From NCBI GenBank assembly GCA_963792585.1, contig CAWBWI010000001.1:192001-256000 (forward strand): a stretch of DNA of 64,000 bases, given 5' to 3'. Within the stretch, counting starts at the first letter, position 1; each line of letters begins with the position of its first letter. The translations under genes and the position numbers were made by a program. Shown piece by piece: positions 56,725 to 64,000 of this stretch. Source of the DNA: Candidatus Eiseniibacteriota bacterium (lineage in GTDB: Bacteria > Eisenbacteria > RBG-16-71-46 > CAIMUX01 > VGJL01). The notes below the pieces were generated by a model. That model did no database searches. It saw only the letters and a program-made list of their open reading frames with translations, and was not told where the DNA came from.

Positions 56725-59700
56725 TCACCTGAGCGTCAACATCTTGCGGTTCGAGACGAACCCGCCCGTGCGCATCTGCATCCAGTAGATGCCGGAGCCG
56801 ACCCTGCGCCCCTCGTCGTTGGCGCCGTCCCAGACGACCGAGTGGATTCCCGCGTCGCTCAGGCCGTCCACGAGACGGCGGACCTCCCGGCCGGTCACGT
56901 CGTAGACCGAAATGCGCACGGCGCCGCGCCGCGCCAGGCTGAAGCGAATCTGTGCCCGCTCCGCGAAGGGATTCGGTTCGGCGGGGAGGAGCCGGTTTAC
57001 CGCCGACGACCCTTCCGATTCCACCCCGCTCGGGAGCGTCCATGTTCCCTGGCAGGATGCCAGGGTCTCGGCCAGCGTGAGCTTCGGGATCGATCCGTTG
57101 TCCGGCGCTTCGAATCCCCAACGCAGCGCGGCGCCGATCTCGCCCATCGCGGCGCCCGCGACCGACGGCAAGTCCCGAGGACAGAGGTCGAAACCGGAGC
57201 CTTGGGCGTCGCGCAAGGTCATGTGATCCCAACTGACGCCGTCGATGATCGCGCGGAAGTTGCCCGCCGCGCTCTCGTTCACCACCTGAGCGGCCGAAGC
57301 CTCTTTCAAGCCATCCTCGGCCAGGTAGCGCCGGTTCGCGGCACCGGTCCCCTGGGCCTCGAATACATTGAAGCCATACTGGTTAGGGCAGGCATTCCCG
57401 AATGCGTCGATGTCCACGTCGACCCCGAAGATCGGGGCGATGGCGGGAAGGTATCGCACGCAGTAGGAGTCGTTCTCAGGCGGGCAGGGGTTGTCTCCGA
57501 AGTAGCCGTTGAACGCATCGCAGGACAGTTCGGCGCCGAATACCTCGTGCATGAAGGGCAGCCCATAGGTGGGCCTTCCCCTCAGGATCTGGCCCGCCTT
57601 GTCCCCGTTGAGAACGAAGACCTGCCGATTCGTGTTGCCCTGGCATTCCGTGGAGTTCAGCCACTCGCCGAAGAGCCGCCAGTCCTCCTCTTCGGTCGCG
57701 CCGTCGGCCAGGCTGCCGGCGTTGCAGAGGATTGCCCGATACCCGAGAAGTTGCTTCAAGGTCATTCCGTAATTGCATGTGGGCCATGGACCTCGGGCGA
57801 ACGGAACATTGAAACAGCCGGAAGAGGCCTCATAGTCGTAGCGGTCCCAGTTCCGGTCGACCGGAATCGGGCAGCCGAGGGGATGGTCGCACGCCGGTAG
57901 GTCGTTCAACACGGTCCGGAGGGCGTTCTCGATGAAGATCTGCTGCCCGGCGTTTGTCATGTCCACGTATAGAACGGCGGGCTGATAGACACAGTAGTTG
58001 AAGCCGGACTGACCGTTCGGCTGGCCCCCGCACGCGGTCACGTTGGCAACCCGCACGCCGGGGAGCACTTCGAACTCCAGGAACCCGCCGCCGGTGGTGT
58101 CGGGGAGGTAGTAAAGCTCGGTGGGGCTGCCGACGTAGTTGGACGTGATGAAGTATTCGATCCGGGTCCCCGGATAGAGGACGTCGTCCCAGATCATCTC
58201 ATTCTCGGGGCTCCCTTCGGCGACGAAGTCATCGTCGTTCTCGCGGAAGCTCGAGATGAACTTGTTCCTGGAAACGGCAGTGCCGACCTGGGCGGAGTCC
58301 ATCCAGCCGGAGGTGAACTCCGGCCGGTAGGCTCGATCGATGGCGCGACCGTCCGCGACCCGGTCCCTCCAGGTCTTGTACCGGCTCGTCACGCCGTTTT
58401 CCTTGTCCGCGTTGAACGGTGAGCGCCTGGCCACCCGCCACCAGAGGCGGGATTCCCAGCGCGTGTTCGGATCGGTGCCCGACGGCATGGGCCCGATGAT
58501 CATTAGCGAGTCTCCCGCGACGTAAGGATGAGCGACATCGATGGCCCGGCGCGTATTGGCCGGTCCCGGCGCACGAACGTCGAAGAGATTGGATGGGTAG
58601 CTGCCGGTATCCTGGAAGGAGGCGCCGACATCGAGATTGACCGTCGGTGCATGGGCGGCGGGGAGCATGCCGACGGCGATGTTGTCCAGCAGCGGTGTGA
58701 AATTGCTGATCCCGCTGCACGGATCGATCGAGAAGGCGGCGCAGTCCGCCTGGAACTCGAAGATCGCCTTCACCATGCGCGCCGTCGCGGGGACCGGGGT
58801 GCCGGCGATTCCAAGGCTCGTCCCACCGAAGCGATAACGACCGCAGATCGGGTCGCTGCCCGTATACATGAAGCCGCTGACGCCGATGCGCGGGGACCAG
58901 CCGGTCGTCCCGGTGAGATCACAGGTCCAGGGGGAGTACCGCCATCCGGGCCTGAAGAGGGCGCCGTTCTCCTGCGGCATCTCGGAGTAGATATCGATCT
59001 CCATGAAGATCGTCTTCGTGTCGCCGTTGCCCGAGTCGCATATCGGGCTCTCGATCCAGACGTGCTGACCTTCGGGGTGACCCTGGTACGGCTCATCGGA
59101 ATGAAACGCCAGGACATTGCCGCTGAGGGTGCAGGCACAGGGATCGAGAATCAGATAGCCGCCGACGTCTACGGCCGAAACGAACGATCCGACGGCCTCG
59201 CCGACCGAAGAGGTCCAGTGCTCGAGACCCGTCTCGAAGGAGTAGGAACGGTCGCAGCCTCCGCCGGCGATAACGATGTCGTCGACCGCGAACGGCCCCT
59301 TCGGGGTCGTGAAGAGCCCGTCCTCGTCGGAGTATCCGCCATCGGAACGAACCTCGAACTCGAAGCGGATCGCCTGCGCGGCGCCGATCTCTTCCTGCGT
59401 CAGTACGCGGGAGTAGAGGGTGGGCGTGATGTTCCCGTTGCCGTCGATGCCGATGCGTCCGGTGAATCCCCCGTCGAAGAACTCATTCTCGCCACATGCG
59501 CCCGGGTACCCATTGAGGAGTAGGCGCGAACCATCGGCCCGGACGAGATAGACCTGCGTCCCGTCGAAGCACTCCTCGGTATCGTTGAAGTAGAGGTAGC
59601 TCAGGGAGATACTCTCCGAGCCGTCATAGGGCAGCGGCTCCGAGAGTGCGGTCTGCCTCCACTCGTTGCCGTAGCCCGCCTCACCGGGCCAGCAGAGCGC

Positions 59701-60198
59701 CCGCGCTTGTGGGCGATCCAGGCCGACCCAGAGGCTCCTCGAACCGGAGAGAATCGGCGCGGCGACGCCCCCTCCGAGGTCGAGCGTTGCGTCGACCACG
59801 CGGAAGTACGTGGCTTGGTTTTCGGTCCGGTCGACGGCCGCCCATCCTTCGCCGTTTTCGACCCGATCCGGATCCCCGTGCGGGCCGTCGCCGCGGTCGA
59901 ACGTCCATGCGATCGAGGGCTTGAACCCGCCCGAGCGGGCGTAGTACTCGCCGCCGATCAGCTGGTACCCGCCGAACCATGTGGTGTCCGCTCTTGCTGG
60001 GGGGATCTGCCTGTGCGGGAGATCGGAGCCTTGCTCCCCCCGGATCGGGATGGCAAGACTGCGCATGCAGGGCAGAACCTGTCGCGCGCTCGACACTCCG
60101 GGCAACAGGAGGAGAAGCAGGATGGGCAGTAACCGTCTCACGGCGGGCCTCCTTGGAGGAACGGTCCTTGCTATCGGGGGGACCCTATGAAAGCGCAT
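56725..60198 (-). CDS. Large secreted Cys-containing protein with FlgD-Ig CTD
   Basis: Signal peptide, ADTTW...GYGNEWRQ...SDGGYSDEDG jelly-roll-like region, C-terminal PNPF...YDVTGR...WDG...SGIY; alternative start at 60231. Confidence 0.8.
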   Translation of the reverse strand: MRFHRVPPIARTVPPRRPAVRRLLPILLLLLLPGVSSARQVLPCMRSLAIPIRGEQGSDLPHRQIPPARADTTWFGGYQLIGGEYYARSGGFKPSIAWTFDRGDGPHGDPDRVENGEGWAAVDRTENQATYFRVVDATLDLGGGVAAPILSGSRSLWVGLDRPQARALCWPGEAGYGNEWRQTALSEPLPYDGSESISLSYLYFNDTEECFDGTQVYLVRADGSRLLLNGYPGACGENEFFDGGFTGRIGIDGNGNITPTLYSRVLTQEEIGAAQAIRFEFEVRSDGGYSDEDGLFTTPKGPFAVDDIVIAGGGCDRSYSFETGLEHWTSSVGEAVGSFVSAVDVGGYLILDPCACTLSGNVLAFHSDEPYQGHPEGQHVWIESPICDSGNGDTKTIFMEIDIYSEMPQENGALFRPGWRYSPWTCDLTGTTGWSPRIGVSGFMYTGSDPICGRYRFGGTSLGIAGTPVPATARMVKAIFEFQADCAAFSIDPCSGISNFTPLLDNIAVGMLPAAHAPTVNLDVGASFQDTGSYPSNLFDVRAPGPANTRRAIDVAHPYVAGDSLMIIGPMPSGTDPNTRWESRLWWRVARRSPFNADKENGVTSRYKTWRDRVADGRAIDRAYRPEFTSGWMDSAQVGTAVSRNKFISSFRENDDDFVAEGSPENEMIWDDVLYPGTRIEYFITSNYVGSPTELYYLPDTTGGGFLEFEVLPGVRVANVTACGGQPNGQSGFNYCVYQPAVLYVDMTNAGQQIFIENALRTVLNDLPACDHPLGCPIPVDRNWDRYDYEASSGCFNVPFARGPWPTCNYGMTLKQLLGYRAILCNAGSLADGATEEEDWRLFGEWLNSTECQGNTNRQVFVLNGDKAGQILRGRPTYGLPFMHEVFGAELSCDAFNGYFGDNPCPPENDSYCVRYLPAIAPIFGVDVDIDAFGNACPNQYGFNVFEAQGTGAANRRYLAEDGLKEASAAQVVNESAAGNFRAIIDGVSWDHMTLRDAQGSGFDLCPRDLPSVAGAAMGEIGAALRWGFEAPDNGSIPKLTLAETLASCQGTWTLPSGVESEGSSAVNRLLPAEPNPFAERAQIRFSLARRGAVRISVYDVTGREVRRLVDGLSDAGIHSVVWDGANDEGRRVGSGIYWMQMRTGGFVSNRKMLTLR

Positions 60199-60401
60199 AT
60201 CAATTATAGCTTCGTGATGGCGCTCGGTCAACGGATCGGAGGGCGATCACCGGGCGACGAGGGGCGATTGGGGGGTGACCTGAATGCGGGCGGGGGCGAT
60301 GGTCCGGGAAGCTATCTGGAGGCAATGCTGTATCATGGCCGAGTTGCGTTGGATGAACAGCCGCACCCCGAGTGAGTGCAATCCAGTGGAGGATCTATCA
60401 G

Positions 60402-62186
60402 ATGCGAACCGGGACCGTCCTCGGTCTCCTGTTGGCGATCGGAGTTCTTGCGGGCGCGGCGGGGGCGGAACGGCTTCCGATCCAGCTCGACGGAGTCTTC
60501 GACGATTGGACTTCAGGCCCCATCTACGAAGACCCCCTGGGCGACGGTGGGGCGACCTTGATCGACCTGGGGCGGCTCTGGGCTGCGGACGACGCCGGAT
60601 CGCTCTACCTTCGCATGGAGATCGGGACGGAGAAGCTCCTGAATGCGGACAATGACATCGTCCTCTATCTCGACACCGACCTGAACAGCCAAACGGGGCT
60701 GGCGATCGGCGGGATCGGCGCCGAACTCGAATGGCACTTCGGGACGAAATCGGGGACCTACCGATACGGCGGAGGCGCCACCGGGATCCAGCACGTGCAG
60801 ATCCGGTTCATCGGGCTTCCGAGTGTGACCTCTTCCGTCTTCGAGATGAGTCTGAGCCGCAACGCGCGTCCTGACGGGTCGCACCTGCTCTTCGCCGGCT
60901 CTCAGATCCGGATTCTGCTGTGGGACCAAACGGGCGGCGACCGGCTTCCCGACGACGGGGAGAGCGTGACCTACACCTTCGATCAAGGAGCGCTGCCACC
61001 CGAGAATCTGATCCCTCTACGCAAGGCCCGGGCCGATGATCTGCGGATCACGACGAACAACACCCTGAGCGACGGGCCGTGGAACGGAACGCGGGGCCCG
61101 AGGTTCCGCCGCGAGTACGTCGCCCTCGCCCCCGAGATTCTGAACTTTCAGGAGATCTACAATCACACTGCGCAGGAGACGGCGGCCCTCGTCGAGAGTT
61201 GGCTGCCCTCGGGGCCCGGAGAAACTTGGTACGCGGCGGACAATGCGGACTGCCAGACGATCAGCCGCTATCCGATCGAGGACTCGTGGGGACTGGACGG
61301 GAACCTCGTGACGTTGATCGATACGACCCCCGCGATCGGGGTCAAGCTCCTCATGGTCAGCGCCCACCTGCCATGCTGTGAGAACGATGCGACCCGCCAG
61401 GTGGAAGTCGATCGGATCGCGGCCTTCATACGAGACGCGAAGGATCCCGGCGGCACGGTCAGCATCCCGGAGAACACGGCGATTCTCATCTCGGGGGACA
61501 TGAACTTCGTCGGCGACGCGCAACAGATCCGGACCTTCGTGACCGGGGACATCTCCGACAACGGGACCTTCGGCCCCGATTACGAACCGGACTGGGACGG
61601 AAGCGGCCTGCTCGACGTGATCTCGCGGCACAATGCGAAACGCCTCTCGTGGACGTGGTCGAGCGACTCGAGTCCCTTCTGGCCCGGGAGGCTCGATTTC
61701 ATGATCCTGAGCGATTCGGTCGTCGAGATCGGAAACCGCTTCATCCTGAACACGGGGACCACGCCGCCGGATACCCTTGCCGCCTACGGTCTCCAGAGCG
61801 GAGACAGTGGCGCGTCCGACCACCTCCCGATCTGCGTCGACCTCCGCACGCCAAGCCCATCCGAGTCGACCGACACCGAGCCCAACTCGGGCGCGCCGCG
61901 TCTGCTCGTCGCGCCGAACCCCGCCGTCTCGGGCGTGAGCCTGAGTGCGAACCTTCCGGCGCCGGCGGAGATTCTAGTCGAGGTCTGCGACGCGGCCGGC
62001 CGCAGGGTCGCCTTCCCGCTCGGAACGGACTGGGTGCGTCGTGGGGCGGGTCCATGGTCGCGCGTCTGGAGCGGCCTGGGCGACGACGGACGTCGCCTGG
62101 CGCCGGGAATCTACTTCGTACGGCTTCGCGTGCGCGACGCGCGGGGCGAATCGGTGGACACTCGGAAGTGGTCGATCCTGCGATAG
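60402..62186 (+). CDS. Secreted endonuclease/exonuclease/phosphatase (EEP) protein with FlgD-Ig CTD
   Basis: Signal peptide, LDGVFDDW domain, FQE, SRYP, HL, GDMN, RLDF, SDHLP, CTD. Confidence 0.88.
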   Translation: MRTGTVLGLLLAIGVLAGAAGAERLPIQLDGVFDDWTSGPIYEDPLGDGGATLIDLGRLWAADDAGSLYLRMEIGTEKLLNADNDIVLYLDTDLNSQTGLAIGGIGAELEWHFGTKSGTYRYGGGATGIQHVQIRFIGLPSVTSSVFEMSLSRNARPDGSHLLFAGSQIRILLWDQTGGDRLPDDGESVTYTFDQGALPPENLIPLRKARADDLRITTNNTLSDGPWNGTRGPRFRREYVALAPEILNFQEIYNHTAQETAALVESWLPSGPGETWYAADNADCQTISRYPIEDSWGLDGNLVTLIDTTPAIGVKLLMVSAHLPCCENDATRQVEVDRIAAFIRDAKDPGGTVSIPENTAILISGDMNFVGDAQQIRTFVTGDISDNGTFGPDYEPDWDGSGLLDVISRHNAKRLSWTWSSDSSPFWPGRLDFMILSDSVVEIGNRFILNTGTTPPDTLAAYGLQSGDSGASDHLPICVDLRTPSPSESTDTEPNSGAPRLLVAPNPAVSGVSLSANLPAPAEILVEVCDAAGRRVAFPLGTDWVRRGAGPWSRVWSGLGDDGRRLAPGIYFVRLRVRDARGESVDTRKWSILR

Positions 62187-62206
62187 CGGCGGGGGAGGAA
62201 CCGAAG

Positions 62207-62920
62207 ATGGTCGAGAACGCGCTCTACGATGTGGTGGTCTTCAGCCCGCACCCGGATGACGCCGAGATGACGATCGCCGGGACGATGATCCGGCTCGTTC
62301 GATCGGGGCGCCGCGTCCTGAGCGTCGCGCTCACGCGGGGAGAGAAGGGGACCTTCGGGACGGAGGAGACCCGGCGGCAGGAGTTCGCGGCGGCGAACGA
62401 GGCGATGGGCACGGACGGCCGCATGCTCGACTTTCCCGACACGGAGGTGGTGAACGATCCGCCGGGGCGGCTGAAGATCGCCCGCGTGATCCGCGAGCAC
62501 CGACCCCGGATCGTCTTCGCCCCGTATCACACCAATCGCTTCGGCCACCACGACGGCTCGGCGAATTCAGACCACTGGGCGGCAGGTCAGCTCGTCCGTG
62601 ACGGAATGAAGCTCGCCCGCTTCCGCAACGTGATGCCCGAGATCCCATCCCACGACGTGGACCGACTCTTCTACTACATGGTGCCGAAGGACACGCTTCC
62701 GACCATAGTCGTCGACGTGAGCTCGGTGATGGACGACGTGCACCGGGCAATCCGCTCCTACGAGACCCAGATGAAGATCTGGAAGCAGGAGAACTCGATC
62801 ATCCACCTTCTCGACACGATGCGGGCCTGGCATGGCGTGCGGATCGGCTGCAAGTACGGCGAGGCGCTCCTGAGCGATGAGGCGCTCGCCTTCGGGCCGG
62901 ACGAGTTCTTTCGGGTCTGA
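62207..62920 (+). CDS. PIG-L/LmbE family deacetylase (BshB1-like)
   Basis: PHPDDAE, TRGEKG, RRQE, SDH, YETQ. Confidence 0.88.
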   Translation: MVENALYDVVVFSPHPDDAEMTIAGTMIRLVRSGRRVLSVALTRGEKGTFGTEETRRQEFAAANEAMGTDGRMLDFPDTEVVNDPPGRLKIARVIREHRPRIVFAPYHTNRFGHHDGSANSDHWAAGQLVRDGMKLARFRNVMPEIPSHDVDRLFYYMVPKDTLPTIVVDVSSVMDDVHRAIRSYETQMKIWKQENSIIHLLDTMRAWHGVRIGCKYGEALLSDEALAFGPDEFFRV

Positions 62921-62969
62921 CCTGGGCGGGCGCCGCGCCTGACGCCGCGAGGCCCCGAGGCGGGCGTCG

Positions 62970-63269
62970 CTAGTCCGGCTTGCGGAAGAGATCGTCGAGT
63001 TTCCTGCGCGCCTCCGCCGAGCGATCCGGTCCTCCCGCTCCCCGAGGGGTGTCTGCTAGCTGGTGGAAATCGCAGAAGTTGGCCCGCTCGCGATCGGTGA
63101 CCCATTCGGCGTTCGGCTCGCGGCACTTGTTGTTGACCCCCGGATCGTAATGCCGGCAATTCCGGCAGGAGTGCAGGTCCCGCGTGCAGTTGGGGCACTC
63201 CGACTCCCGCGGCACCGTAGCGAAGTCCGGGTAGGGCAGGCGTGTGGCGCACGACCAGCAGGACGGCAT
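62970..63269 (-). CDS. Small Cys-rich (probable Zn-binding) conserved hypothetical protein
   Basis: CWSC, CPNC, HSCRNC, C...NFCDF; the start overlaps the upstream stop (TGATG). Confidence 0.75.
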   Translation of the reverse strand: MPSCWSCATRLPYPDFATVPRESECPNCTRDLHSCRNCRHYDPGVNNKCREPNAEWVTDRERANFCDFHQLADTPRGAGGPDRSAEARRKLDDLFRKPD

Positions 63270-64000
63270 CAGCTCTCTCTCCTCTTGCGCCTCGGCGGCA
63301 GGCTCGCTTCGATCTCCGGGAGGATCTCGCCCGCGCGCGCGAGCAGGCGGCTCCGCTCGTTGCGCGCGGGATCTTCGAGAACCTCTTCGAGCAGGGCATC
63401 GAGAATCCGGCCGATGGCCGGACCTTCCGCGATGCCGAGCGTCTGCTTCAGGGATTCGCCGTCGACATCGAGGTCGCGGACCGAGAAGGCGGTGTCCTTC
63501 TCGCTCGGATCCCAACGATGCGCCTGCGCAGTTCGGTCAGCTCGGCGCTTACCGCGGAACGGCGCAGGCCGTTGCCCAATGTGTCGGCCCGACGCGCCGC
63601 GAACAGATCGTCCAGGTTCTCGGTACCGACGGTGCGGACGAAACGGCGGACGGCGCTGTCGGTCCACTCGGTGTTGTAGTGGAACATGTGCTGCTGGACC
63701 AGGTGGACGACCCTCTTGCGCTCCTCGTTTGGATACCGAAGCCGTCGCAGGATCGACTCGGCCTTGCGCGCGCTCCACGCCTGATGGTTGTAGAAGGTCA
63801 CGTGTCCGCCAGGCTCCTCCCGCCGCGCGTCGACCTTTCCCAGGTCGTGCAGCAGGGCCGAGAGGCGGACGACCCGGTTCTCCGCCGGGGCCTGGTCGAC
63901 GGCGAGGAGCGAGTGGTAGAAGACGTCGAATGCGTGGAAGCGATTCTGGCTCACCCCGTAGCAGGCCGAGAGTTCGGGTAGGAATCGGTCGAGAAGCCCC
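63269..64000 (-). CDS. CCA tRNA nucleotidyltransferase/HD-domain protein, C-terminal part; frameshift near 63503
   Basis: QNRFH..DVFYH, ALLHDLGK, FYNH, HM, AVRR, then LDVDG...GPAIGRIL...LEDP in the shifted frame. Confidence 0.85.
   Translation of the reverse strand, partial: GASRPIPTRTLGLLRGEPESLPRIRRLLPLAPRRRPGPGGEPGRPPLGPAARPGKGRRAAGGAWRTRDLLQPSGVERAQGRVDPATASVSKRGAQEGRPPGPAAHVPLQHRVDRQRRPPFRPHRRYREPGRSVRGASGRHIGQRPAPFRGKRRADRTAQAHRWDPSEKDTAFSVRDLDVDGESLKQTLGIAEGPAIGRILDALLEEVLEDPARNERSRLLARAGEILPEIEASLPPRRKRRES

Noticed and set aside
1..64000. CRISPR array
   Set aside because: All regularly spaced repeats are in-frame protein repeats; no cas genes seen

Overview
GC-rich bacterial DNA. 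The protein style (many exported proteins ending in an FlgD-Ig/T9SS-like C-terminal domain or a short 'TTWGxxKxxY/FR' tail, plus a six-cysteine repeat) suggests a Candidatus Eisenbacteria/Latescibacterota-like lineage; this is inference. The window has two halves. (1) About 1.5-35 kb, downstream of tRNA-Gln, is an accessory region of large modular secreted proteins with IS remnants and a group II intron-like fragment. It includes three tandem paralogues (24.5-34.8 kb) that share a leader, an N-terminal domain and Cys-repeat arrays but carry swapped cargo domains. A conserved hairpin sits 38-39 nt after the stop codon of four CTD genes in this half. (2) About 35-64 kb holds mostly housekeeping genes: tRNA-Glu, MFS, TrmH, YqeY, AEC transporter, AlaX, acylphosphatase, MrfB/MrfA-like pair, MOSC, isoaspartyl peptidase, PIG-L deacetylase and CCA-adding enzyme. 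This half also has more CTD proteins and a probable UxxC selenoprotein lipoprotein that the ORF track splits. The most interesting candidate system is a mix-and-match exported-protein toolkit: 33 copies of a ~38-aa Cys repeat acting as hinge or stalk, interchangeable cargo domains and two mutually exclusive C-terminal tags. Four single-base frameshifts, one in the CCA enzyme, are probably sequencing or assembly indels. All family calls come from motif recognition by eye, not database searches.
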